Shown piece by piece: positions 1-15,390 of a stretch of 28,098 bases of DNA (its first letter is position 1; each line of letters opens with the position of its first letter). The notes beneath the pieces were generated by a model. The model worked only from the letters and a program-made list of their open reading frames with translations. It was not told the DNA's origin and did no database searches. This DNA comes from Ancylonema sp. Taxonomy: Eukaryota. The stretch is taken from the NCBI GenBank assembly GCA_050230475.1, contig JBFLGF010000124.1, forward strand, positions 62,001 through 90,098. The letters run 5' to 3'. Made by a program: the position numbers and the translations under genes.

Positions 1-70
1 AAAGTTCCCAATATGATTGCCCATTTTGATACCCTTTTTTTTTTTATCCTTTTGTCGACCTCCTTTACAG

Positions 71-1219
71 GTGCTTGTGGTTAACGACTGCGCGCTGCGG
101 ACGCGGGCCACGAGCAAATGGACGGTCATGATTGACGTGGACGAATACATCAACGTGGCGTCCCCCCCCCATCACCTCCTCCCATTTTTGGAGAGCCCTT
201 TGGTTAAGGGCCGTCCGTGGGTGACCATGGGCAGCATGACGTACAAGACCGATGCCTGCGCGGTCAGGAATGGGGAATGGGGAATGGGGGATGCATGCTA
301 TAGGAAAGGGAGGAGAGGCAGAAGGGGAACACCGTTTGGTGGAATGGATAGTGAGCATAAGAGTCCAGTTTTTTTTTTTTTTTTTTAATGGTAGTATCTG
401 TGTTCATTTTTATGGTTTGAGAGCTGAGGGGAGGTTTGAGTGATGATGTTGAGTTCATTTTTGGTTTGGTTTTGCAGGGATCATCGCCCAACCAGTGGCC
501 CATTGAGCGGATGGTATTTCAGGACCCAAAAATATATTGCAAGCATGCAGAAAAATATGTCAGGTTGGGAACCACCCCTCATTATTTTATTTTTATTTTT
601 TGTTTTCTCCCCCCTCCCCCTGTTGGATGTATGTGTGCCTTTGTGGAGAATCATGAGCTCGCATATGTTGATTTGCATTTGTTCATTTCTGCATTCATTC
701 GAGTACGTTCGGTTTGTGGTCGGTGTTGCAAGTTCGAGTGAGATAGGTGTTGGAGTTGTTGGATGGTGAATGGTGAATGTGAACATGTCATGCGTGTTTG
801 AGTTCGGTTATGCACAGAATATGAAACCATATGATTACAAAAAGAGTTTCAATTCGACTGCTAAGGGGGCCAAGATTGATGTTCCAATGGACTCAAAGTT
901 TTTTTTTTTTTTTTTTTCTGGGTTGTATTTACATTGCAGTACGGAGCTTTGCCTGAAATGGGACGGCCATAGGAAGTACGTCATTGACCCTCGCAAAGTG
1001 AATCTTTTGCAAATTCATCAAGTGATGGAGTCGAACGAGTTGGGATTGAATGCATTGAGTACAAGCATTCATGTGAACCATTATCGAGGGCTCGGGATCC
1101 GGAACCATGAGTTATGCAAGGATGAAAAGGCGACACCTTACGACCACGTAAGGAAAGGTCTTGTGCGAGATTCGAGCGTGGCAAGAATGGCCTTGTTGGC
1201 TCGACGAAAAGCATCATGA
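71..1219 (+). CDS. Glycosyltransferase family 92 (galactan beta-1,4-galactosyltransferase/GALS-like), last three exons 71-262, 478-563, 940-1219; 5' part lies outside the window
   Basis: Spliced translation gives VLVVNDCALR...KWTVMIDVDEYI (GT92 NDC...DxDE motif), WPIERMVF and GHRKYVIDPRKV...IHQV...NHYRG. The GT-AG introns have matching phases and the gene ends at TGA 1217-1219. Confidence 0.8.
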
Positions 1220-1951
1220 TTTATTTGTCCTTGCTCTGGGATATTTAAGTTATTATTGTGTTCGTACTATAATAGTTTACCTTGCCCTCCCCTCGGAACT
1301 CCAAGGTTTTTGCACCATATAGACGTAGTCATTGTTTATTGTTCGAATCCAATCAGGGTTTTCTCAACCCGCTTCCGATCAGGATTGGATCCTACCCGGA
1401 TCGAAATGTGATCAAAGAGATTGTGGGCAGTGTAGGAAGATTAGGGCACTAATCTTCTATATTCTATTTCTTCGAAACTACCGAAGTGTACATTTGTCAA
1501 GTGTGCATCATGTTGGTAGTCGTGATAATGTTATTACCACGCTTTATTACCCAAGGCAACCACCTTTTTCCCTAGATTTTTTCAAATATGTCAAATGGAT
1601 GACTATCTTTTGTTACATGTGTCATGTTTTTGGAATGTGAACTTCATTCGAATAATTGTCGTATGTGTATATGTTAAAGAAACAACTTTAGTACTGGCCA
1701 CACATAAAGACCCGGGTTCTTAAAACTGCATTATTTTTAGTTCATGAACCACCAATTGAACCATCCATCCACGTAATATAAGAGTTCCCATACTCTTGAC
1801 TTGTCTATGTTGTCAAGCGATCCACATTACAAAATGACCCACTTTTTTCCAACAAACAAAATATTTAATATGATCCGACCCACCCTTTTATTATAATTAT
1901 TATTTTTGGAGGGTTATAATGTATGGCAAGTACGGTATGTTGCTGCTCGTG

Positions 1952-2007
1952 CCAAAACAACCAAAACTACCAAAACTACCAAAACAACCAAAACAACCAA
2001 AACAACC
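1952..2007 (+). repeat. 9-bp tandem repeat (CCAAAACWA)n, ~6 units
   Basis: Seen directly in the sequence. Confidence 0.85.
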
Positions 2008-2182
2008 TTTCACAACAGTTGCCAGGAAGAAAGGATTTCAGATTGGTTCTACAGTAACAGGACGAATCACACAAGACTTTGAGATTGTGTTCTAGCAACC
2101 TAGCAACCCGCTTTTACCCTATCCAACAATTGTGACCAGAAGTGAACAAATACTCTAACAATCGAATCATGATTGAACTCAC

Positions 2183-5690
<3,508 letters not shown>

Positions 5691-6437
5691 TCGAAAACTC
5701 TAAGATTCTGCCCAGGGCCGATCGCAAGTCGAGTTCCAGACAGCCCAGCCCCGTTTTGGTTCGTGTGAGTTGCACCACACCTTCAAACCTTCTCAGCAGG
5801 ATATGTCAGAACGCTGAGCATGTCATGGAGGTCAACAGAACACAGGTGATGCTGCACGAAGAAATTTACCGGTGTCTCGTTATAACAAATCTATTAACCG
5901 ACTTTCCAATATTGTGGGACGCCCAGCTGGGGGCGAAGCTACGGTAGGCGGAACACAAACAAGGTCCGACAGCTGCATTTTGGCTGGACGTTGAAAACTG
6001 GCAGGAGAGTGTGGGAAAGCGGTCTCTGATTGACAAGACTTGCGTTCAAATACAGTGTCCGAGAGTGCAATTTGCCGTGCATTGGTATCAAGTGGCTCAT
6101 CCATCTGACAACACTGAACGCGTTTGATAGAGCAATTCATTCCCCGCTGTTCCTACTGTAGCTTTCGTCAACCCTTGGAAGAAGCATATCTATGCGTAAT
6201 CTGCCGCTGTGCACTACCAGAACCCCACAGACACACTCAGTACATAAATACAGCATTATTCAAAAGATTGTGTATTGAGATCTCGAATATATCAGGCTTG
6301 CGCGTTATGCAGACCTCGTGTGATTTCCACTAAATATAGCAACCCAGATTTCTCCATCGCGACAAATTGCACTGGGAGCACACGAAACTTGAACTCGCCC
6401 AAAAAAAAAAATGACCTGCGCGTAGCGCAAGTAAACG
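5691..6437. promoter_or_regulatory. Probable shared divergent promoter/5'UTR region of the UMP-CMP kinase and URM1 genes
   Basis: The two inferred start codons (5690 minus, 6438 plus) point away from each other about 750 bp apart. No specific motif is claimed. Confidence 0.4.
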
Positions 6438-7664
6438 ATGGTGAAACTAACTCTGGAGTTCAGGTGAGAGTGTAGTTCAGCAGCTCCAGCTTATTTTGAA
6501 TACGAGCAGAGAGGTAATAGCAGTTATCCTCAACATTGATAGCTGCCGATGTGAAATGACTTTTTTTTTGTGGAAATCGTGCTTTCCAGTGGCGGTTTGG
6601 AGCTGTTGTTTGGTGGGGAGAAAGTGCATCACGTCGAAGTCCCGCAGCCTCAGGCTTCAAACGAGGTTAGCAGATGGCATTTCCAGTGCCAGGCGGCTAC
6701 AACTCTTTTACCTTCTATATTTCCTAAGAGACGGCAAGTTTTTGAATTACACGACGGGCTACGTTGCTTTCTCCACATTTGATCGCAGGGCAGAATCTTA
6801 TGGTGTGCTAGAGCTGGACTTTTTCAAATTTCCCACTACAATTGCTGGTCATCTTACTGCAAGCAGAGATAACCAGCGCGAGCCTGATTTCGGGATCCCC
6901 CTTTTCAAAATGTCTATCCAACACCCTCTGTAGGAGTGCATTTACATATGATGATTTCGAACGATGACTTGATGACTTCGATGACTTGTAAAGTCTCATT
7001 AACAGCCTCTGAACAAGAGAATACTAGAGGATAAGAATGATTGCTTCTTCCCATTTTCCCCCTGCAGCTGCGTGTTGCCAGTTTGTTGATGTGGATCCGC
7101 GAACATCTCCTCCAGGAGCGACCCGAAATGTTCATGAAAGAAAACTCAGTGTATGGTCTCTCATCCCCAATTCCTCAACCAATCGTTTCCTTTGCTGCTG
7201 GTGGTTCCGATGGACAGAAGTTGAATTTCACTCTTTCCTGATCGTGTCACACAAATCATTTGGTTGAAAATTTTGTCCCTTGGACACCGCAACACACTCT
7301 CTACAGAAATCTCATGAAGACAACTATAATCTTGCTCTGTGGTAGGTATTGCCACACTCTAATATCTTCTTCTTGGCTCTCATCTCTGGTTTTTGGCAAT
7401 GCGGATATAGCGTTTCCTTGTTTCTCAACTTTGTTATGTGCATCGTCAACAAACACATCTGACTCGCCCACTTGATTTTGGTGAATCTAAGAATTTCCAA
7501 CGCCATTTGTGGCTCTTGCTTTGATTCCTCTTCTTCTGTCTTTCAGTAGACCAGGTGTGCTCGTGTTGGTGAACGACGCCGAGTGGGAGCTGTGCGGAAA
7601 ATTGGATAGCAAGTTGGAAGACGAAGACACAGTTGTGTTCATTTCAACTCTCCACGGAGGCTGA
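6438..7664 (+). CDS. URM1: Ubiquitin-related modifier 1; exons 6438-6463, 6590-6665, 7068-7150, 7547-7664
   Basis: Spliced translation [26 protein letters not shown]...[61 protein letters not shown] ends in the diagnostic FISTLHGG. All introns are GT-AG and in phase. Confidence 0.95.
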
Positions 7665-8853
7665 TGTCTAGTGGTATCTGTGGTCTTGTTCTCATATTAC
7701 GAGTCACTTAAAATCATGACCATGGACATTTTGTTTTCGCAACACACAAGGTAGTGTAAGATGCAAGCTCAATTCGCTCACATTCCACCACATATTCCCG
7801 TTGGACGACAAATTGCGAGGAGATTCTGAAATCAGAGGAGGTAAATGAGTGTAGGCTATGTGAAGACGTTGCTAAAAACTTATCGTTTTCGAAGAGATCA
7901 CCCTTCAAGAAAACGATGTAACCTGCTCACAATATACACCATGTATCACTTCCATTTACTTGCTTCGCATTGGGAGCACACACACATGGCTCCGCACCAT
8001 GCTGAATTGCCGCACCCGTTCCGCACGTGTAAGGTACTGCAATCTTTCATGTGCGCAACCCGCTTGTGGTTGCAAGTCTTTGCGGCGCCCACAAGTGCCG
8101 TGCGAGTGAAAAATAGGGTGTAGAGAGTGTGTAGTAATAGTTGGAATGGCTATATGAGAAAGGCATTTTTGATGTGTTTCAACAGCCTCTTGGACGAATC
8201 TTCGTACGCCTGTTGTAGGGTTGTACTTCCGTTGCAAGATTTCACACCTAAATTGCTCTCACATAAATCTGGAAACGCATTCTACTTTCACCTAAAATAG
8301 TGCAATTCACATACTACATACGGTCCACCATAGACAACTCCTCATTTGTACACCGTAGTCTTATTTGCTCACACTAACCCACACGCTTCTTTTATATAAC
8401 CACACAAATAAAACATTACACCTAGTACTTTAGACCCTAAACACACATGAAGCCGTTTGTACACACGCATGATGTACATCACCACGTCTTAAACACGTTT
8501 GTGCTTTGCAATGTTTCATTATAGCGCCGGAAAATATATTTTTTATTCCACAATAGAATGTTGAATTGCGTGACGAGATTAATCACAACCTTTTGGTAAC
8601 ATGCGAAAATGTGTGTGTATCTTGAAGCAAAGTTGGGCTCCGCATGTTGTTATTTCGCACATATTTCTCATTTGCTCCCGTCCGCACAAGCGGAGCAAAA
8701 CCGCCAACAAAGTCCTCACCATGCGGGGCCAATAAGCGATGAAGAGAATTGACGAGTTTTCTTAACTAAGTCAGCGTACTCTGCGGAACAGTCGGCCAAA
8801 ATGATCATGTCCTACACAAAGGAAAAGGAAGGCGTGTAATGTACAAAAACAAT

Positions 8854-8926
8854 ACATATTACATATAACATATAACACATAACATATCACATATTACATA
8901 TAACATATAACATATTACATATTATA
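8854..8926 (+). repeat. Degenerate 7-bp AT-rich tandem repeat (ACATATT/ACATATA)
   Basis: Seen directly in the sequence. Confidence 0.75.
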
Positions 8927-10035
8927 TGTAATACATGTATTGGTCTATGTTTTTATGAAAAATCGATATCACTGTTTATCGCTTTTGGAGGGGGGGAACA
9001 AAAGTACCCAGGGAGGGGGTGTTAGTTTTTAGGGTTTGTCAAATTTAATTGTTATATCGATTTTTGTGATTCCGGGAAACTTAGCTTTAGTTTTGTCGTT
9101 ATTCAACAAATGCCGGCCGTAGTACTTGTTGCAATGATTGTGTCGATAAGTTTGGCCATCTGGCACAAGTGTCGATACGAATAGGTGATGTGGCAGAATA
9201 CTCAGATGTCATTTGTGTTGACCGAGTAGTTTCGATATTAGTATATATTTGACTAAGAAGCGTCATCGGTCACTCGACTATACAAGGTCTAGCCTTGCAT
9301 GCAGAATTTTGTAATCAATACTTTCTACTTCAAACTTGCACTTTTGTTGTGTCGACGCTTGTAATGACGTGAATACTTGATTCCTTAGAGTTGAAGATAA
9401 GTGTGCTTTATTCTTGCATCGATGGCAGAAGGAAGCACTCACACACATACACCATGTGTTTCAAAGACACACGCGATATGCTCTCGCTTTAGTTTTTCGG
9501 TGCTATGTGCGATACGTTCATTTATAGAAAAATCGAAATAAGTACCGCGGTAGTTGTCAACCGTTTGATTAACATTTACCGGTCAGAGTATGTTTCCTAG
9601 ACGTATGTAACACTAAGTAGTATGCGCTCGCTGCAAACGACTTGGTTGAAGTTAGTTTTTTTTCCAATTCCTCTTCAACTGCTTCGGTCCCTGATATGAT
9701 CCATCGTGTTGTTATAAAACATGTCCGGAACTCGATTCGTAAACTCCCGAACCTTTGGGGCCACCTGTGCTTTTATTAGTATCGTTCCTATGTTGCTTTC
9801 TAAGTGAGACGTGATACACTCTTTATTCAAAGCTTGTGGGATTCACATGTATTCGCACCCTCTTTTTAATTTTCACAATATCAACAACTTACCAAAGTCC
9901 AAAACACTTTCTTCGGTAACAGATTGCACATACCATTGCATGAGTTTGGGTCTAGCTGCCAATCTAGAATCTTATATGCACATCGGACCGTCGGCTTGTC
10001 ATGACCAACGCTCATCAATGTTGTTGAGGTGCCCT

Positions 10036-10566
10036 CGTCGTAGTGTATAGGCTCGTGTCGTTGTAATGCGTGCCAGGCACCGTTGTGTAGGAACGAGTCA
10101 GTATATTCAGGCTTTCAGACTTTTGTGTCGTTATAACGGAGTGGAGAGTTCGATACGCCCCAGTAGGAGTAAGGTGAATGGGAAGCTTTTGCGGATCTTC
10201 TTAGGCTTGAGCATGATTGGCGCCCCCGCTTATTTGACCAATCATTGAGTTAGGGGTTCCAATAGCCATTTGAGTGGACGATCGGGATTGAACGGCCACT
10301 AGTTCATCACCGTCAGTTAGACTTTTGGCCTAGCCGCCACTCTTCGAGTGGGTTGGTGCTCCACCATTATACGTCTAGGGTTGACTCTTGTATTCACTTT
10401 CGACAACATTTCCCGGACGACTTAATTCAATATCTTGTGTACGTGCAAATCGTATTTTCTCTGCGCAATCTATTATTGTGTCGTAGCTGGAACACCTCTG
10501 AGCCTGCTTGTGCGCTAGTTACGCTTCGCGTTTTCGGCACCCAGAGCTTACCTTGCTTTGGATAGT
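10036..10566 (+). repeat. Terminal repeat A, copy 1 (~530 bp)
   Basis: Near-identical to 19170-19707 from GTCGTAGTGTATAGG to CCTTGCTTTGGATAGT. A hand count gives roughly 20, mostly transition, substitutions plus small indels. Confidence 0.95.
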
Positions 10567-10580
10567 TGTTGTCGGAAAGT
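10567..10580 (+). promoter_or_regulatory. Primer-binding site, self-complementary (Tf1/sushi-like)
   Basis: TGTTGTCGGAAAGT directly follows repeat A1. It is the reverse complement of ACTTT(T)CGACAACA at 10396-10408 inside A, about 28 nt downstream of a TATA-like TTATAC (10367-10372). Confidence 0.7.
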
Positions 10581-10766
10581 CGAACCACGCGGATCGGATG
10601 CTTCAGTGGTCCTGCTTGGCCATGAATGTCCTGGTCACGTAATAGAAGTCCCAATTCTGGGAGGTTTATCCGGCATTCACCGGAAAGCATTCACTGGGGC
10701 TATCATTCCCCTCAGTCAGAATTATCATAAGAGCTGGATACGAATTACCAGCTCGACTTTGAAGCC

Positions 10767-13700
10767 TTGAACGAGTCTCTTCGCAACTTGCAACACGCTC
10801 CATCTTCTCCTGATTCTCTCTCTTCGGCGACGTCAGCTGGCAATTTCTCGGCAGCGGACGACGACGACGACGGGATGTCGGAGCCAGTAATTCCCAAATA
10901 CAATGGGGAGCTGGGGAAGCAGCAAGAGTCTTTCTTCACACATGTGCGCACACATTTCAGGCACATGTGTCTGCGGAAGGATCGAGTGCTACAATCTATG
11001 GAGGGCTACGGGCAACTGGAGTTTGTGGATATGGACTTGCGGACTTTTCTGGGAACAGACGCGCTTCCCATCCTGGACCTGTTCCTACTGGACGCTCAGA
11101 ATATTCCAGCAGCCAGACCTGAGCGTGCGGTCGCTCAAGCGCGGGCTACTGCGCGAGCTGGTTTCCGCAACTATAGAGCTGATTGGATGGAGGCGGATCG
11201 GGCGCATAAACCCGCAGTGCCAGCTCCTGAGCCCGACGACATCAACGATTTCTTTCGAGCTCTACGCCGACGATTCCAAACCAACTGCGGTGAAGCCTAC
11301 GCAAAGCTGCTGAACTTGAGGCCAGAAGCTGGCGACTCCGTCCACACTTTATTTGTACGAGTGGACGAACCACCATCCGCCACAGAAGCGGTCGGTATGA
11401 CTACACCTGTAGACAACGCTCTCCGCTTCTACCATTTCCTGCCATAACCGACGAAGACCATCATCACGCCGGACTACAATGCAGAGGAGAAGCGTTGATG
11501 GGAGCAAGATCCGAGACTACCTCCGATGAGTCGAGAAGAAGTTCGCGACATGGCGCAGCGAGCCGAAAACGGGGCTCAGGAAGTGGGAGCTCAATACAGG
11601 AACCTCGGCCTGTCATTGACTCCACTTGGAAAGCATCTGCAGCCGCCTCCGCGCCAGATTCCTCTTCCTTCTCCCTTCCTCCCTGTCTACCAAACCCCTG
11701 CCCCTGATCTTCCTGGCGTCTACACGCCTCCACCAGATACCAGGACGTGCCACATTTGCGGCCAGCCAGGACACGTGCGAGCCAACTGCCCTTACAAACA
11801 GACGGGTGTGCCACAAGGACAACCTAGAAGCCAGCCACCATTGAAGCAGTCGTCACCTGGAAGGAAGAGTCAGCAGTCGGGGCAGCCTTCTACAGCTCCG
11901 GATGCCGGTGGTGGACCCTCGCGACCACGGTCCCAGATCACCGACCAGGATCGGACGCCCGGAGCTTCATGCACCTATTGCAAGCGGCAACATCACACGG
12001 AGGCGCAGTGCTTGACCAAGAAGCGTGGGCTGCCACCAAATCCTTCTCCTGTCCCCTATCCTGCCTACACGCCAGGACAACACCTTCAGCAGAATGAGGT
12101 GCCAGCGCAGGAAGGGACCTTTTATCAGCTGTCGGAGCAGCCTGTCACCGGCAGCGAGCAGCCGCAGTTCCACGTAGAGGAGCAGGTCTCATTCAACAAC
12201 GCCGGGTATGGTTACTACCTGCGTGGGCTGGCGCCGCGAGCTGAAAACAGGGCCCGGGTAATTGGTGTCCACCCCGAGCCTCAAAGCCTTGGGTTGGACC
12301 TGCCTGGAAGTCACCTGCAGCCGTTTCAGCGCCAGACTCCTCTCTTCGTCCTTGACAACCTGAGCCCTACCTCTGATGCAGCGAAGGGTCGCTGCCATGA
12401 AGACAGTCTGCAACGACAACCAGAGTCCCCAGAAGATTAGCCGACCTCTACAAGAGACGAGGTGCGTGCGTTGGCGCCGCAAGCTGAAAACAGGGCCCGA
12501 GTAATTGGTGTCCACCCCGAGCCTCAAAGCCTTGGGTTGGACCCGCTTGGAAGTCACCTGCACCCGTTTCAACGTCAGCCTCCCCTCTCCGTCCTTAGTG
12601 ACCAGCATGCTGCAGACGAAGCAGCCCTTCGTCGATCTGCAAGAGTCGCAGCAAGGGACGCAGCTGGATCACGCGTGGTGTGGTATGCAGCCTTGAAGGA
12701 ACCAGTGGCAGTGGAGGCGGATGCAGGCAGTAGCAGCCGTTTTGGAGAGCGCCTGGCCAGCCGGCCTTTGATCCGTCCTTTGCAGTCTACTCTAGAATCA
12801 TTTGATGTCGGGCCTTCACCTACTCCATCCATGAGACAGCCGCCACAGCCGGTACCAGCAAGCCCTTCGCTCCCAACATCTGCACCCATTGCCACCGGAC
12901 GAGGTCAAGGGCCAGACTACGGTAGATCAGGTGATACAACTAAGTTACCCCTGAGTTTTCGTCAAAGGGATTTCGGTGATTTAGAGCCGGGTACTACATT
13001 AGAAAATGAACCCCCTTCAGATATTTTTTCAGAAGAACGAGGCATATTTGCTTTGAGTGAGATTGCAAATCATGTGAAGAGTGCACAGGCAGCAGCTAAG
13101 GTAGATCAGTCATCATTGTACCAGATTTGGCACGTCAGTCGGGCAGTGTTAGATAAGGCAGGGACAACTGTTTGCCCAACTCCTGTAGAACCTGAGCAGG
13201 GAGTATCTAACTACTTGTGCTCCAGTGCCTAGGCTCGTATGACACAAAGCAGTCCCACCACCCACACTGGGGGTGGGGCTCTTCTCTCAGCCAAGATCCC
13301 ACGGGAAAAAAAAGTTGAGCAAGCGGTGTCTAACCATCTAAACTCAGGGAGAGAACTAAATGAGCAGCCGGCACAGAGTAGTGCCTCCCTCTCTACATCG
13401 GTTGGTACTCTCTTCCCGGTCTTTCTGACTCCGTCCCCTTGTGACCAGATGCATTCCAGTTTGTCAAAGGTAGGGAAAACAGCGTTGAGCGGTACCACAT
13501 TGATTTCTGATAGCAGGCTGTCTAGGGATACAGAGAAGCCTCCATTTTGCATGCTAGCTAGAGAGTCTGCTGCTAGCGTGCCTTGCAAAATTCCGGTCCA
13601 ATCAACAGCCAAGGTTAGGTTTCAAATGCCCAGCCAATTTGTCTCCCTCGGTACGGCAATAGAAGGAAAGAAGGTACAGTCATCAATCCCAAGTCCAGGA

Positions 13701-14666
13701 TTAGGTCCGTCCAGTCTGTCCTCAAGGGTGAATCAGTCCAGTCTTGCCTCCAGTCTACGTAGGCCAGGTACAACTGGTCATCCATATGACCAGCAGGTAG
13801 GAATCCCAATAGACCTGAACAAGGGAGGACGGGCAGCAGTGTCTAACTGTCTGGGCCAAGGGAGAAAAAGTGGTGGGGATTCGGCACAAGTTGTCCTATC
13901 TGACTTTGGGGAAATCACAACTTTCCCGTCTCTACCAAGAGCCCCAGTCAAAAGTATGAATCCATTTGTAAAACATGAAGGACACGAGGGGATGCCTAAT
14001 CTTACTTGTTCCCCTGACTTCGGTCCTTTCCCTCCACCTGTCGACCTTTCCCTCCCTTTCTCTCCAGAGCCTGCGACTCCCTCAGCAAGGTTTCGTCATT
14101 CAACTGGGATTCTGTTGAGGTGGACCCAGCCTTTGTGGAGAAGATCCGTACTCCACTCTCTGGTCAGTTCGGACAGCAAACAGCAAACAGCAAGGGTAAG
14201 TCAGGTACACTTCCCGACCTCGTTCATGCACTGCAACACTTGCAACTACATGAAGATGTGGAAACATCTTACCATTCCCAATGAAGCTGGAGCGGTCACC
14301 ATCAACGGAGTGGTTCCCAAGGATGGCATCGTGCTGGACACAGGCGCCAACTTTTTCATGCTAGGTAAGCCGGTCGCAGACCAAATGGGATTGACAGATG
14401 CAGATATGAATGAAGGCATCACATACACAGTTGCATCAAGTGCATTTGCTAAATGCCGTAGTGTCACAAAGAAGAAAGTAGCCATCATATTGCTGCCCGG
14501 AACTATGCACGAAGTCAAAGCCTTCTTGCATGTGCTGGTGGACAACGCCACTAGTTATGATGTATTGTTAGGAGCCCATTTTGTCAATTGGGTGACTGCT
14601 TGCATCAACTTCATTGATTCCTACTGGAAGATCGTGCCAGATTGGAACACACGCACCTTCTCTTGA
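10767..14666 (+). pseudogene. gag: Gag (two CCHC-type zinc knuckles) + long Pro/Ser-rich spacer + aspartic protease, in one frame with four premature stops
   Basis: ORFs 10767-11447, 11526-12440, 12462-13232 and 13239-14666 share a frame. They contain CHICGQPGHVRANC, CTYCKRQHHTEAQC and retropepsin motifs IVLDTGAN...YDVLLG. Probable ATG at 10875. Confidence 0.85.
12220..12597 (+). repeat. Imperfect ~130-bp direct repeat, period 243 bp (in frame)
   Basis: LAPRAENRARVIGVHPEPQSLGLDLPGSHLQPFQRQ (~12220-12353) versus LAPQAENRARVIGVHPEPQSLGLDPLGSHLHPFQRQ (~12463-12597). Confidence 0.9.
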
Positions 14667-15390
14667 CCTTTATGTCACTCCAGACCAGCTGAGAGAACGT
14701 GTGGATGCAGGTTTGCTACAGAACTACGCAGGTGATGCAGGAAGTTACACTTCAAACAACGGTGAGGTAGATGTCATGCGCAGCTTAGCCGATCAGTGGC
14801 AAGCTCAGGCGAATCTGCTAGAGGATGCTCGTGAGGATATCGCTGCCACCGAGACCACTTGGTTGCTTGCCACTCCTGCCCTGCATCTTGCTACTCAACC
14901 TCTCGAGGACCTGGTGCAACACCGTGATCTGGTAAAAATGCATGTGGTGCAACTTCGAAACTGGCTGTCCCGTCATAACATGGGCAGCCGTGAAGGCCTT
15001 GTGCCATTGTTGTTTGCTCGTCGCAACCAAGTCTTCCGTGCAGCTCTGCCATTTCTCGAGCAGCTGGACCTCGACGTGGCCAACCAGACTGCCGCAGAGG
15101 AACGAGCCAGACGTGCACAAGGCATCATCCCTGAACCTCAACCAGCCCCGGTGGTGCACTTCAGCCAAGAGTATCAGGAACTCGCCCGACTCAGTCAGCG
15201 TGCCAACGTCACCTGGGCCTTTCGAGAGACCAGGGCCAACCAGCAACTGATAAAGCACCTGAATGCCACGCAGCCTCCCATCCCGACAGGTGAAACAAGT
15301 CCCCCTTTACCCCCATGGACTGGACCTAAAGCTCACCGCGTCCAGCCCATCAATATTTATATCCAATGCCTCACACCTGAGCAACAGTCT

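Noticed and set aside
1952..2007. CRISPR-like or functional repeat array
   Set aside because: Simple 9-bp tandem repeat with no spacers, in a eukaryotic intergenic or UTR context.
7700..10030. Short ORFs and a possible older TE remnant left of the element
   Set aside because: No recognisable domain, terminal repeat or consistent frame.
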